In this document: piece by piece, positions 22,399 to 33,017 of the stretch
Numbering within the stretch: the stretch's first letter is position 1
Layout of the letters: the number at the start of each line of letters is the position of its first letter
DNA from: Patescibacteria group bacterium
GTDB taxonomy: Bacteria > Patescibacteriota > UBA1384 > JACPKC01
Direction: 5' to 3'
NCBI GenBank assembly: GCA_050944875.1
Contig: JBMNRW010000004.1
Location: 1,304 to 65,303, forward strand
Length of the DNA: 64,000 nt
Position numbers and translations under genes: made by a program
The notes under the pieces: generated by a model
The model's database searches: none
Seen by the model: the letters and a program-made list of their open reading frames with translations, nothing else
What the model was told of the DNA's origin: nothing

Positions 22399-23937
22399 CT
22401 ACTTCGCCTGCTCGTCAATCCAGGCCGTCGCCTTGAAGTCGTCGATGACGCGCTTCAGGTCGTCCTCGATCGCGTCGAGCTTCGGGTTCCCTGCGAACTG
22501 CTCGCGGACTGCGTCGAACTTCAACCGGAAGTGCTCGAGTAGCCGGTCAGAAAACTCCGTCACCCGCTCGACCGCGATATCATCGAGGTAACCGTTGTTC
22601 ACCGCGTAGAACGAGAGCACCTGGTCGGCAACCGCCATCGGGGAGAACTGCGCCTGCTTCAGGAGCTCGGTGACACGCTTGCCGCGCTCGAGCTGCTTGC
22701 GGGTCGCCTCGTCGAGGTCGCTCCCGAACTGCGCGAAGCTCTCGAGCTCGCGGTACTGCGCGAGGTCGAGGCGCACCTGGCCGGCCACCTTCTTCATCGC
22801 CTTCGTCTGTGCCGAGCCGCCGACGCGCGAGACCGAAAGACCGACGTTCAGCGCCGGGCGGATGCCGCGGTAGAACAGGTCGGACTCAAGGAAGATCTGT
22901 CCGTCCGTGATTGAGATGACGTTCGTCGGAATGTAGGCTGACACGTCGCCAGCTTGCGTCTCGATGATCGGGAGTGCGGTCAATGAGCCGCCGCCATGGT
23001 CGGCGTTCAGGCGCGCTGCCCGTTCGAGTAGGCGCGAGTGGAGGTAGAAGACGTCACCCGGGTACGCCTCGCGTCCCGGCGGGCGTCGCAGGAGAAGCGA
23101 CATCTCGCGGTACGCCCATGCGTGCTTAGAGAGATCGTCGTACACGATGAGCGCGTCGCGCCCGTTGTCGCGGAAGAACTCACCCATCGCAGCGCCGGCG
23201 TACGGCGCGAGGTACTGCATCGGCGCCGGGTCAGAGGCGCCAGCGGCGACGATGATTGTGTGCTCCATCGCGCCGTTGTCCTCGAGGACCTGCTTAAGGC
23301 GCGCGATCTTCGACTCTTTCTGGCCGATCGCGACGTAGATACAGATGACGCCGGTCCCCTTCTGATTCAGGATGGTGTCAATCGCGACCGCCGTCTTCCC
23401 GGTACCACGGTCACCGATGATGAGCTCGCGCTGGCCGCGGCCGACCGGGATGAGGCCGTCGATTGCCTTCAAGCCAGTCTGGAGCGGCGTGTCGACAGAC
23501 TGCCGGGTAATGACACCCGGGGCGATCTTCTCGACGAGGCCAGTCTTCGAGGTACCGAGCGGCCCCTTGTCGTCGATCGGGAGACCGAGTGGGTTCACGA
23601 CGCGGCCAACGAGCTCCTCGCCAACCGGCACTTCAAGGACAGCGCCAGTTCCCTTGACCGTGTCGCCTTCGGCAACCTCGGTATAGTCGCCGAGGATAAC
23701 GGCGCCGATCGTCGTCTCCTCGAGGTTCAGGGCAAGCGCAGCAACCGTGTCGCCGCCCTGGGTCTGGATTTCGAGCTTCTCCATCGACTGGACGTCGTCG
23801 AGGCCGGCGACCCGGGCAATGCCGTCACCGACTTCGAGGACTGTCCCGGTCCGAGCGCTCGCACTCGCGGGGGCGTACCCCTCGATGCGACGTCGGAGCG
23901 TCTCGACAATCGTCGTCGCGTCTTTCTCTGTGGCCAT
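22399..23937 (-). CDS. atpA: ATP synthase F1 alpha
   Basis: [37 protein letters not shown]. Confidence 0.98.
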   Translation of the reverse strand: MATEKDATTIVETLRRRIEGYAPASASARTGTVLEVGDGIARVAGLDDVQSMEKLEIQTQGGDTVAALALNLEETTIGAVILGDYTEVAEGDTVKGTGAVLEVPVGEELVGRVVNPLGLPIDDKGPLGTSKTGLVEKIAPGVITRQSVDTPLQTGLKAIDGLIPVGRGQRELIIGDRGTGKTAVAIDTILNQKGTGVICIYVAIGQKESKIARLKQVLEDNGAMEHTIIVAAGASDPAPMQYLAPYAGAAMGEFFRDNGRDALIVYDDLSKHAWAYREMSLLLRRPPGREAYPGDVFYLHSRLLERAARLNADHGGGSLTALPIIETQAGDVSAYIPTNVISITDGQIFLESDLFYRGIRPALNVGLSVSRVGGSAQTKAMKKVAGQVRLDLAQYRELESFAQFGSDLDEATRKQLERGKRVTELLKQAQFSPMAVADQVLSFYAVNNGYLDDIAVERVTEFSDRLLEHFRLKFDAVREQFAGNPKLDAIEDDLKRVIDDFKATAWIDEQAK

Positions 23938-23951
23938 GTGTCTCCTTCTCC

Positions 23952-24437
23952 CTACGCTGTCGTGAGCGCTTGGCGGAGCGCTTGGGCGCGCGCCGCGAGC
24001 GAGTGGTCGACGGTTACGCCGCCAATAGTGATTCTCATCCCTCCGCCGATCCGCGCATCCTCACGGAACTCGGCGACCGCACGCTCGCCGAACGGGGCGA
24101 AGACAGCCTGCCGCTCAGCAACGCTGAGCGGCAGCGCAGTAACGACGCGGACCGCCGTCCCTACTCCGTCGTGCGCAGCTGCCGTGAGTGCGAGCGACGC
24201 GATCTCAGGGAGCTTCGCGAGGACGCGATCTTCCGCAAGAACGCCAAGGAAGCGAGCAATGGACACCGGCAGCGCGAACGCACTGACGAGGGTGTCTGCC
24301 CCGCCAGATGCGGCAACTCGACGCAGCGTCCGGGCAGCGCGCTTGTCCTCGAAGGCCATGAGCCAGCCGAGCTGTTCCGTCACCAGCATTTCAGCGGTCG
24401 TGGCGAGGTACGCCTTCGCGTACGCCGAAAGGTTCAT
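23952..24437 (-). CDS. atpH: ATP synthase F1 delta
   Basis: Operon position; [19 protein letters not shown]. Confidence 0.85.
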   Translation of the reverse strand: MNLSAYAKAYLATTAEMLVTEQLGWLMAFEDKRAARTLRRVAASGGADTLVSAFALPVSIARFLGVLAEDRVLAKLPEIASLALTAAAHDGVGTAVRVVTALPLSVAERQAVFAPFGERAVAEFREDARIGGGMRITIGGVTVDHSLAARAQALRQALTTA

Positions 24438-25045
24438 ACGAGCGTCTCCTTCGCGCGCTCGACCGCACTGCGAACCGAGGCTGCATCGTAGCGTGCTGAT
24501 TCGCCCGCGAGCTTCTCCGCTGCAACAGCGACGAGCTCGCCGACGCGTGTCTCAACGTCCGTCAACAGCGCGGTCCGCTCCGCGTCGAGCTGCGCGCGCG
24601 TCCGCTCAAGGAGTGCTGCCGCTTCAGCGCTCGTCGTCGCCTTTACCTCGGCGGCGAGCTTATCCGCAGACTGTCGCGCCTGAGTAACGATCTCCTGCGC
24701 CTCTGCGCGAGCGCTACGAAGGAGTTCGGTAGTCTTCGCCTCGGCGTCTTTCGCCGCCCGCTCGCTCGCCTCTGCAGCGGCGACGCCTCGCTCAATCTTC
24801 TCGCGCCTGCCGTTGAGCATCGCGAGCATCGGGCGGTAGAGCGCCCACCTGAGGAGCGCGAAGAGAATGAGGAAGTTTACCGCCTGTACGAGGAGGAAGG
24901 CCGGGTCGACGCCGAGCACCGCCAAGCCGGACGGCTGGGCCGTTTCTTCCTGGACGACAGTTTCCTCGGTTAGCCCTTGGCGGACTGCCGGCTCACTTGT
25001 GCGCGCCGGTGTTGCCGCCAGTACTTCGATTCGAGCGAGTTGCAC
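24434..25045 (-). CDS. atpF: ATP synthase Fo b
   Basis: QAVNFLILFALLRWALYRP...RREKI then coiled coil. Confidence 0.92.
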   Translation of the reverse strand: MQLARIEVLAATPARTSEPAVRQGLTEETVVQEETAQPSGLAVLGVDPAFLLVQAVNFLILFALLRWALYRPMLAMLNGRREKIERGVAAAEASERAAKDAEAKTTELLRSARAEAQEIVTQARQSADKLAAEVKATTSAEAAALLERTRAQLDAERTALLTDVETRVGELVAVAAEKLAGESARYDAASVRSAVERAKETLV

Positions 25046-25077
25046 TGGAACTCCTCCGACCTACAGTCGGCTAGTAC

Positions 25078-25305
25078 TTAGACGAACTTCAGGATGAGCG
25101 CGACGACGAGCGCGTAAATGGCGATCGCTTCCGCGAACGCGAGCGGGAGTACCATTGCACCCTGCACCTTGCCAGCTGCTTCCGGGTTGCGACCGATCGC
25201 CTCCATGCTCTTCGAGCCGATCCAGCCGATCGAGATTGCCGGGGTAATAGTGCCGAGGGCGATGGCGATCGCCGGCGCGAGAAGCTTTACTGACTCTGCG
25301 TCCAT
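25078..25305 (-). CDS. atpE: ATP synthase Fo c
   Basis: [17 protein letters not shown]; SD AGGAG upstream of ATG 25305. Confidence 0.96.
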   Translation of the reverse strand: MDAESVKLLAPAIAIALGTITPAISIGWIGSKSMEAIGRNPEAAGKVQGAMVLPLAFAEAIAIYALVVALILKFV

Positions 25306-25383
25306 ATAGGACTCCTTTCTATTGGTTGCTGACTCGTGTCGAGCGGCAACTCGGCCGCCCCGCACCAGGCAGAAACGCATACG

Positions 25384-26145
25384 CTAGCGATGCGCCTCCT
25401 CGGCGTGTAAGTCGGTCGTCGCGGCTGCCATAAACGAAAGTGTGAGCATCATAAAGACAAGTGCCTGCACAAAGCCAACAAAAAGCTCGAGCGCATAGAA
25501 CGGTACAGGCGCGACGTAGGGCACGAGATAGCTAATAACGATGAGGAGCACTTCGCCCGCAAAGATGTTGCCAAAGAGTCGAAACGTAAACGAGATGACG
25601 CGCGAGAACTCGCCAAGAACGTGGAGAAGGCCGACAAAGCAGTCGATAAGCCCGTCGAACGAAGGTCGAAATGAGAGATAGTGGCCAAAATGCCGGACAA
25701 AGCCGAGCGTCATAATGCCCATGATCTGCGTGCCCAGTACAGAAATGAGCGCAAGGGCGAGTGGCGTATTGAGGTCGGTGTTCGCGCTCCGGAAAAGCGG
25801 GGAGGGTCCGTGGCTCGTCTCGATCGTCAATCCGCCGAGAACACCAGGAATAAGCTCGAGCCAGTTCGCAATAAGGATAAAGAGAAAGAACGTCGCGAGG
25901 AACGGGAGGAACTGCTCGGCTTTCTTCCGACTCTGCGTCACCTGTTCGATGAGCCCGAGAAGTGCTTCGAGGATTCCCTCGAACACGTTCTGAAGCCCCT
26001 GCGGAATGAGCGCCATCTGGCGCGTCGCCAGAAACGCAAAGCTACCAATGAGCGCCATCACAATCCACGTCGTCAAGATGGTGTTCGTCACCGGGATCGG
26101 TCCCAGGTTGAAGAGCACAGAGCTCGCTAGGTGAATTTCAGGCAT
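25384..26145 (-). CDS. atpB: ATP synthase Fo a
   Basis: PQGLQN, ANTDLN, SFTFRLFGNIFAGE, VQALVF. Confidence 0.96.
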   Translation of the reverse strand: MPEIHLASSVLFNLGPIPVTNTILTTWIVMALIGSFAFLATRQMALIPQGLQNVFEGILEALLGLIEQVTQSRKKAEQFLPFLATFFLFILIANWLELIPGVLGGLTIETSHGPSPLFRSANTDLNTPLALALISVLGTQIMGIMTLGFVRHFGHYLSFRPSFDGLIDCFVGLLHVLGEFSRVISFTFRLFGNIFAGEVLLIVISYLVPYVAPVPFYALELFVGFVQALVFMMLTLSFMAAATTDLHAEEAHR

Positions 26146-26148
26146 ATC

Positions 26149-26376
26149 CTACTTCCTTGATTCGCTGTCCTGCAGTGCGATGAGTTGCCTCTGGAGCCGC
26201 CAGACCATCCGGGCCGACGACGCGATGGCGATCGCGAGCCCTAAGAGGATGAAGAGCGGGCTTGTCCCCCACGCGCGGTCGAGGTACGCGCCGCCGAATC
26301 CGAAGACTGCGGCCGGGACCGCAATTATGAACCCAATTTGACTCGCCAGTGACAAAAGGAAAAGGACCCCGCGCAT
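26149..26376 (-). CDS. AtpZ/AtpI-family small membrane protein
   Basis: IGFIIAVP...GAYLDRAWGTSPLFILLG, first gene of the atp operon. Confidence 0.85.
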   Translation of the reverse strand: MRGVLFLLSLASQIGFIIAVPAAVFGFGGAYLDRAWGTSPLFILLGLAIAIASSARMVWRLQRQLIALQDSESRK

Positions 26377-26696
26377 TCCGTCCTTTCGCGGTAACACTAT
26401 AGGTACTTCTCCTGTTCGGTCAAGGGAGGATGTATTGACCACAAGGAGACAAAACGCGCCCGACATACCCGAATGCCGCTGCCCATCATTGCGCTGCATC
26501 CCTCTCGTACTGCGCGAGAAAGATGTCAAGCTGTAAACGACGCAGCACGAGGCACTCGCGCAAAATCGCTCAGAAGAATCTCAAAATGTACTTCCTGGAA
26601 ACACCAAGGCATTGTACGCCGGGATACTGAAATTAGAAGCTGGTCAGTGCTTGCAGATCCTCGGAGAAATTGCTATCGTCACTCCGTACAAATTAT

Positions 26697-26772
26697 GGGC
26701 CCGTAGTGTAGTGGTTATCACGCCTCCCTGTCACGGAGGAGATCGCCGGTTCGAGTCCGGTCGGGCCCGCCA
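26697..26772 (+). tRNA. tRNA-Asp(GUC)
   Basis: Cloverleaf, anticodon loop ct-GTC-ac, CCA end. Confidence 0.95.
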
Positions 26773-27000
26773 GATATAAAACACTCACCATTGGTGAGTG
26801 TTTTATATCTGTGTGAGCACTAAGCGGACTCGAACGGAAAGGGGGCCGGTGAAACGACGGGGAGTTTCCCTGCTTCTAGGTGACCGAAGCGAAGCGAGGA
26901 CAAGAGGGCCGACGGCCCTATTGAGCACAGACGAAGCCGAGCAGTAAGATGTCTGGTCGGGCCAGCCACGTAATTAACAGGCTTAGAGCCTGTTAATTTG
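26772..27000 (+). repeat. tRNA-linked ~230-bp element: hairpin, anti-T-arm, degenerate tRNA 3'-end copy, hairpin
   Basis: 19-bp IR 26772-26810; cggactcgaac at ~26825; gtctggtcgggccagcca 26951-26968 (16/18 match to tRNA 3' end); IR 26972-26998. Confidence 0.65.
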
Positions 27001-27012
27001 ATGGGTATGACC

Positions 27013-27049
27013 CTGACAAATACCCCATTCTATGATACTATTTGGCGTT
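27013..27049 (+). promoter_or_regulatory. sigma70-type promoter (CTGACA, 17 nt, TGnTACTAT) followed by GCGTT
   Basis: CTGACA 27013-27018, TACTAT 27036-27041. Confidence 0.65.
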
Positions 27050-27249
27050 TCGAAATTGAGGTAGTTTTTACCCATTTCGAAACCCTTTACAAAACAGAGT
27101 CAGTTCCACCTTGAGCATCGTTCAGCGATATTTTGTGGTGGAACTGACGTCAAGGCAAATGCTCTTTGGAGCTTGTGCTCCACCCCTCAGTTCCTCCAAT
27201 CGCCCATGACACTCAGTGTTATGGAGCTTAGGAAGGGGGGCATCGTTCT

Positions 27250-28212
27250 ATGACGACGATGACCCAAGTAGCCAAACAAGCCGCGCGCCGCATCTGGTGC
27301 GCAATCTCCCGTGGGGTTAACCACCCCCAGGACTGCGCCCCGAGCGAGTGGCTCGTGGGTAAGATCGCCCAAGAGCGAAAGCCCAGCCGGGTCGCGGACG
27401 CGATCTGGCGGCTGTGGCAGCAGGTGGAGCGCACCTGCATGCTGCCGGGCTTCAGCCGACCGCTGGGGAGCTGCTACCACCCGAGAGTGGAACACCTCCT
27501 CGACATCGCCTACCACTACGGCGGGCAGGCCGGCGAGGCCTTCGGCCGCCTCAATCGGGCGGCGGCGATCCTGGCCACCACCCTCCGGGGTAAGTGGTCA
27601 TGGGTCGACGAGCGGGGCCGTTGCCAGCAGGAAGACAGGACGACGGGCATCGCGCTCGCGCCTGACCTCTGCTGGCAGTTGGCCGAGGCGATCCGGGCAG
27701 AAGCTGGGCCGGCCGTCGAGGCCATCGGTCCAGAATTCTTCCGACCCGGCTGGAACGAATATGTGGCGGCGGTGACGGCATTCCACGCCGAAACCGAGGC
27801 CAAGTTCGCCCCGCTCCTCGGCGCGGTTGCCGGGTTCGACAGGGAGCTCCTCGATCCGACCCGTCTCGCGCTCTGCGAGCGGATCGAAGAGGAGCCCGCC
27901 TGGGTCGGCGGAGCAGAGCGGACTGCCAGCAATGGTACCCGCTTCTACGAGCTCCTGACGGACGGGGAGACTCGGACTGTCAAGGAGGCTCCGACCGCGA
28001 GCCACCAGTTCGGGGAATATCACCCCGAGACTGGACCGGCCGAGGTGGTCGTCGCCGGCGGCACCTATATGGTGCAGCTGGTCGACGTTTGTTATCCCCG
28101 AGGTTGGCGCTGGGAGGTCGGCCAGGTCCTGGTCACCCCCAACGCCGATCCGGAGAAGCTGGCCAAGGCCCTGAAGCGCCTGGACGGCAGCTTCGGCCAC
28201 GGCTGGCACTAA
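27250..28212 (+). CDS. Orphan hypothetical protein (320 aa) with structured 200-nt leader
   Basis: Long ORF with strong GC3 bias, SD AGGAAGGGGG, own promoter and terminator. Confidence 0.75.
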   Translation: MTTMTQVAKQAARRIWCAISRGVNHPQDCAPSEWLVGKIAQERKPSRVADAIWRLWQQVERTCMLPGFSRPLGSCYHPRVEHLLDIAYHYGGQAGEAFGRLNRAAAILATTLRGKWSWVDERGRCQQEDRTTGIALAPDLCWQLAEAIRAEAGPAVEAIGPEFFRPGWNEYVAAVTAFHAETEAKFAPLLGAVAGFDRELLDPTRLALCERIEEEPAWVGGAERTASNGTRFYELLTDGETRTVKEAPTASHQFGEYHPETGPAEVVVAGGTYMVQLVDVCYPRGWRWEVGQVLVTPNADPEKLAKALKRLDGSFGHGWH

Positions 28213-28215
28213 GTA

Positions 28216-28246
28216 AGCGGCGGGCTAATACCCCGCCGTTCTTTTT
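28216..28246 (+). terminator. Intrinsic terminator
   Basis: agcggcggg-ctaatac-cccgccgtt-ctttt. Confidence 0.8.
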
Positions 28247-28334
28247 ATCCCAAAAAAAATCAGAAAATTGACTTAACACATCTAAATTGATGAATTTTCA
28301 ACGCTACGAGGCACTCAGCGTGTGCAATACTAGT

Positions 28335-28919
28335 ATGCCTAACCAAATTCTTGCGACGCTCAGTAAGCCGCTTGAGTACTACCGGCGCTGGCAGTATCGC
28401 AATACCGCACTCCTCGTCGGCAGCATTGCCGTATTTGCACTCCTTGCCGGCACGCCAGCGGCACGCACGGCGCTCGAGCTCACCAGCTCATTCGGCTACC
28501 TGGGCGCGTTCATCGCTGGCGCATTCTTCGTCTCTGTCTTTACCATCGCCCCTGCCAGCCTCATCCTTTTTCAAATTGCCGAGACACACAACCACTTCCA
28601 CGTCGCACTTGCAGCAGGACTCGGCGCCGTCCTCGGCGACTACGTTGTCCTCAGGCTATTCACCGACACGGTCTTCCGTGAGATCGCACCGATCTTCAAG
28701 GTACTCCATACCTCGCGCTTCGGCGCATTCTTTCGCACACCCTACTTTGCCTGGCTCATGCCATTCATCGGCGCATTCATTATCGCCTCGCCACTACCGG
28801 ACGAACTCGGCGTTGGCGTCCTGGGTCTTACCTATCTGTCGCGTTGGCAGTTCCTCCTCGTGGCATTTGTCCTCAATGCCGTCGGAATTTTCTTCATCAT
28901 TACCGCCGCACGACTATAA
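28335..28919 (+). CDS. Multi-pass membrane protein (DedA/VTT-like)
   Basis: Five or six TM helices, AGLGAVLGDY, SPLPDELG. Confidence 0.7.
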   Translation: MPNQILATLSKPLEYYRRWQYRNTALLVGSIAVFALLAGTPAARTALELTSSFGYLGAFIAGAFFVSVFTIAPASLILFQIAETHNHFHVALAAGLGAVLGDYVVLRLFTDTVFREIAPIFKVLHTSRFGAFFRTPYFAWLMPFIGAFIIASPLPDELGVGVLGLTYLSRWQFLLVAFVLNAVGIFFIITAARL

Positions 28920-29317
28920 CGCCTTCCCCGAGACAACCAGATGTGAGCTGCCACTGAACGCCCCAAACGATCCATTGCGAGCGTAGACATACGCAGGAAA
29001 ATCTCACGTTTCGGCGCCCATAAGCAGATGAGCAGATCAAATGTTTTGTATACTGCTCATTTTCTCTATCTCGATCCTACCGATTAACGTGCACGAAAAA
29101 GAAAGATGATACACATGGCACTCGGATGGCATAAGTAAGCATTGACGCACTACAAATACGAGCTCTGACAATGTCGCGAACAACCCGGAGCGCGTCCGGA
29201 ATGTAGAGCAGAAGATCGACGCGTTCTTCTTGCTCTCGATTGACATACAATAAATGGTGCGATATCCTTTCCGGTTCTGGTCTGCCGGAAACTAAGAAAG
29301 GGAGCGTTCTTTACCAA

Positions 29318-29881
29318 ATGAAAACGGTGCGACCGATCCAATGCTCACCCGTGGGAATTATATGCCTATACGGCGAATCGTCCCTGCGAACGACGATCGA
29401 AAGTACGGGATACGACGAGTACCTTCAAGGCTGCGCAGAGCAGATCATCCGTGAGGGCATTCGCACAGTTGTCCTCTGTGGCGGAAAACAAATTCATTCA
29501 GCGTGCTCGGATACGCGCTCGGTATGCCCGGCGCTCTGTCAGCACCTCACCCGTGCAGCGAAGACATCGCTCGACACCTACCGCATTGAGTTCGATGAGT
29601 CGAGTGTCAATATGCCGCAGAGCATCGCACACGGCCTGCGGTGGGTACAGATGTACGAGCCGTGGCGAAGAGAAATACACGTCTTCGTCGACAACGTGCG
29701 ATGGTTCCCGGGTTGGGTACTAACGCGCAACATCTGTAGCGGATACCGCACCCGTGTGCATAGTATTCCGCACCCCAACGCCTATTCCAGCAGCACACGT
29801 CGAGTGCAGATCTTGCGCGGATTGCACTACCTCATCTTCCCTCAGGCAATCGAGCTCGAGCTCGATGCCCCGACCGGATAA
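29318..29881 (+). CDS. Divergent YdcF/DUF218-like protein
   Basis: VVLCGG...IEFDESSVNMPQSI resembles SGG...LEE.S.NT.QN; promoter TTGACA (29240), 17 nt, TATCCT. Confidence 0.45.
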   Translation: MKTVRPIQCSPVGIICLYGESSLRTTIESTGYDEYLQGCAEQIIREGIRTVVLCGGKQIHSACSDTRSVCPALCQHLTRAAKTSLDTYRIEFDESSVNMPQSIAHGLRWVQMYEPWRREIHVFVDNVRWFPGWVLTRNICSGYRTRVHSIPHPNAYSSSTRRVQILRGLHYLIFPQAIELELDAPTG

Positions 29882-30093
29882 CCCTTAAAGGACCTACGCC
29901 CAGCTGCGCAGGTCCTTTTGCATCGTGCTGGATGGTACAATTGCCCGGATTGTGCCGGAAAGATTCTCGAAGGCATAGGCTTGGTCGCCACAGACAAGCT
30001 CGTTAAGGTCGCCTCGATCAACTCCACGTCAAAGCAACTATGTTTGAACAAGGAAAGATCTCAGTCATTCACCCGAGATCCCCTTGACGAAGC

Positions 30094-31005
30094 TCACACC
30101 CTGAGATAAACGCTCGCGTGGTACTTGGCCTTTGCGTCAGCGAGCCAAGCGTCGAATGTTTGCTGGGCGGTTCCCTTCCTCTCTAAGAGCTCCACTAAGT
30201 GAAAACCGAACTCCGACTGGACCGACTCACCGATGAGACCAAGCGAATTCGTGAAGAGCGCACGCTCCATCGCCTCGGATTGCTGCCCCCGACTCACGAA
30301 GCCCATATCGCCACCGTTGTCTCGGCTCTCAAGATGCTCGGAAAACTCATGGGCGAGCGCAGTGAAATCGCCACCGCCCTTCAGCTGCTCAAGTACCTCT
30401 CGTGCTCGCGCTTCATCCCGCACAAGAATATGCCGGAAGCGCACCTGCTCAATCACCGAGCTTCGCACCTTATCTTCGAGGAGCTGGATACGGATCAAGC
30501 CGTGCAGCTGCGCCTGCGTCGAGCCGTAGAGCTCATTCAGGATGGTCCGCAACTCCTCCTGCGTTACCTCGCGCGGAGCATTACCTCCCTGTGCGACCAA
30601 GATATCGTCGTACGCATCGTTGACCTCGGCCTCGGTGACGCTCACGCCTTCTTCCTTCGCCGCGCGCTCGAGCACCTTATTCGACACGAGAAGCGTGATC
30701 ACTTGTCGGCCAAGCGGGGACTCAGTGGTAATGACGTCGGTCGACTGGTTCGTTCGCGCCATAAACGTCTCAATGAACGCCCGGTAGTCGAGGTACTCGC
30801 GCGCCCAGACAAGTTGCCCGCCCACGCGCGCCACTGGCACCGGGAGCCACCTCGCAAGTGCGCGGACCTGGATAGAGTCATTACCGCGCAACAAGAGGGC
30901 GCTCACAACCGCTGCAGCCAGAAAGTAGGCAAGCGCCACGCCAGCAATAGACCACGGAACCCACTTAGGGATCTTATTCTTCGGTACGCCTGGTGCATCC
31001 TTCAT
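30094..31005 (-). CDS. PrsA/SurA-type peptidyl-prolyl isomerase (parvulin)
   Basis: PVARVGG, RHILV, FTALAHEFS, GGDMGF, SEFGFHLV. Confidence 0.9.
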   Translation of the reverse strand: MKDAPGVPKNKIPKWVPWSIAGVALAYFLAAAVVSALLLRGNDSIQVRALARWLPVPVARVGGQLVWAREYLDYRAFIETFMARTNQSTDVITTESPLGRQVITLLVSNKVLERAAKEEGVSVTEAEVNDAYDDILVAQGGNAPREVTQEELRTILNELYGSTQAQLHGLIRIQLLEDKVRSSVIEQVRFRHILVRDEARAREVLEQLKGGGDFTALAHEFSEHLESRDNGGDMGFVSRGQQSEAMERALFTNSLGLIGESVQSEFGFHLVELLERKGTAQQTFDAWLADAKAKYHASVYLRV

Positions 31006-31012
31006 ACGCCTC

Positions 31013-31579
31013 CTACAGGCTAAACCAATCGGCCGTTCGAACAATTGCCCCCATAACCAACGCCGCAAGGCCGACAGATGGTAGCAGGGCCGCCCAAGAC
31101 AGCTTACCCGCCGCATGGAATGCAATCAGCTCGTAGCCGAGCAACCCGAGAATAGTCACGAGGAGCGCTCGCGAGGGGTAGTTGATCGGCCAAAAGAAGA
31201 GCGCGGCGAAGCCCTCGAGCAGGAGAATAGTGAGCGCCAGTGCGTACACCGTCGCTCGCAGCGGATCCCCACCGAGATACGGCTCAATTTGCCATCGGCT
31301 GACCGCAAATGCTGCGCACGCGAAGGCGAGAAAGACTGCAGCAACCGGCAGCGCACCCGAGAACCGGAACGAGAACGCGACCAGCGCCCAGACGAAGAGC
31401 GCCGGAATTGATCCGTGCCAGCGTTCTTCCGTCCGAAATGCCAGGACCGCGACGAGTGCGGCGAGCGCAGCAAACCCCCACATGAGCTCCGAGCTGGGAG
31501 CCGAAAACGGGAGAAGTACTGCGCCAAGTAGCGTAAGGAGCGCGCCTCCTGCGCGGTGCTGCCAGAGCGAGGCGAACAT
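31013..31579 (-). CDS. Hypothetical polytopic membrane protein
   Basis: Six or seven hydrophobic segments, operonic between LCP and PPIase. Confidence 0.7.
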   Translation of the reverse strand: MFASLWQHRAGGALLTLLGAVLLPFSAPSSELMWGFAALAALVAVLAFRTEERWHGSIPALFVWALVAFSFRFSGALPVAAVFLAFACAAFAVSRWQIEPYLGGDPLRATVYALALTILLLEGFAALFFWPINYPSRALLVTILGLLGYELIAFHAAGKLSWAALLPSVGLAALVMGAIVRTADWFSL

Positions 31580-32938
31580 CTACTCCGTCCCCTTGTACGA
31601 GCTTCCGAGAACAACGCGGAATTGCACGGTAGGCTCAGCATCAACTGGTCTGGTTGCCGGTGTCAACTGGGTGCTCAGTCGCTCGCTCAGTAGTCGGGCA
31701 GTGAACGGCGCCGCTCCGGCCGAGTAGTCGTAGATCGTCGTGGTCGTCACAGTTGGCGTGTTGTCGATATTCACAACATTGTACCCGCGGCTCTTCAAGT
31801 CGAGCTCGAGCTCGCGAGCGACGCCAACCATACCCGTGCCATTGAGCACCTCGATGCCTGCTGCCTCCTTCCGAATGTACGGGTCAGTGAACACACTGTG
31901 TGCAATCCGCTGCACTTCTTTGAAATCACCAGACTTCGGCACCAGGTAGTACCCACCATCATTTACTGTCTTCAGCGGACCATCTGCGCTATTGTCGATG
32001 ACGGTCGTCGTGACATCGTCTCGCCCAAGATCCTTGACGAGCGAGAAGAGCCGCTGGAGATCCTGCGCCGAGAGATCCATCCGAATATGGTCGCCGACGA
32101 CGTTCATAATACTCGTGAGCTTCTGCGGATTCGCGAGCACGTTGACCGAGAGTGCCTTCTGCTGAATCGCCAAGAGGATATCCTGCTGACGTGCGGCTCG
32201 GTCGAAATCCGATGTCGTCTGCCGCGAACGCGCGTAACGGAGCGCCGTGTCACCATCCATTTCCTGGACACCCGCCCGCACCGTGAATGGCTGGTAGCCC
32301 TCGAGACGATCATCTGGGTAGTACGGGTCATTGAGCGCTTTCTTCACGTCAACCGTGATGCCGCCCAGCGCGTCGATGAACTTCTCGAACCCATCGAAAT
32401 CGATGCGCACGTAGTAGTGGATTGGGAGATCGAGGATATCGGCAACCGTCTCCTTGAGTACCTTCGGCCCCGTTCCCTTCTCCTTGGCCTCACCGTACGA
32501 GTGCGCGCTATTGAGCTTGCCGTACCCGTTCCCCGCAATTGGCACCCTGAGGTCACGAGGCAGCGATAAGAGGGCAACCTGTTTATTCTGTGGGTCGATG
32601 CTCGCCACCATTACTGTATCTGCAAGGGCACCACCCTTATGGCTCGCACCGCCAATACCAATGAGCAGGACATTGATACGCCCATCACCTTCGCCTGCAA
32701 GCGCATTCGGGTCAACATCTCGCCCAAAGAACTGAAGAATTGGCGAGCTTCGATCAGACCCTTCACTAATTTTGTTGAATGCACGGGCGGCCGAGTAGCC
32801 AAACCAAACAACTCCTACGAGAACAAGGACGCCAAACGCCAGAAACACCAAACGCATGCGGCTCGGCGCTATCCGGAACCGATCGAGCTGCTTCCCGTGC
32901 TGTCGCCCACCGTCCTTAGCAGCTTGAGGCTGTCTCAT
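31580..32938 (-). CDS. LCP (LytR-CpsA-Psr) family protein with LytR C-terminal domain
   Basis: INVLLIG, ADTVMV, SLPRD, KLNSAH, YARSR..SDFDRAARQQ, IEVLNGT. Confidence 0.93.
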   Translation of the reverse strand: MRQPQAAKDGGRQHGKQLDRFRIAPSRMRLVFLAFGVLVLVGVVWFGYSAARAFNKISEGSDRSSPILQFFGRDVDPNALAGEGDGRINVLLIGIGGASHKGGALADTVMVASIDPQNKQVALLSLPRDLRVPIAGNGYGKLNSAHSYGEAKEKGTGPKVLKETVADILDLPIHYYVRIDFDGFEKFIDALGGITVDVKKALNDPYYPDDRLEGYQPFTVRAGVQEMDGDTALRYARSRQTTSDFDRAARQQDILLAIQQKALSVNVLANPQKLTSIMNVVGDHIRMDLSAQDLQRLFSLVKDLGRDDVTTTVIDNSADGPLKTVNDGGYYLVPKSGDFKEVQRIAHSVFTDPYIRKEAAGIEVLNGTGMVGVARELELDLKSRGYNVVNIDNTPTVTTTTIYDYSAGAAPFTARLLSERLSTQLTPATRPVDAEPTVQFRVVLGSSYKGTE

Positions 32939-33017
32939 AGTGTCCGTCTCCCACTCCTGCTACGAACTCCCCCGCCGAGAACGGGAAAAGCTGAAGGAAG
33001 TATACCACACCAGCCCG

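Noticed and set aside
28920-29250. Small minus-strand ORF 29037-29246 and similar fragments at 29842-30090
   Set aside because: No SD or recognisable domain; may be decayed gene remnants but cannot be supported
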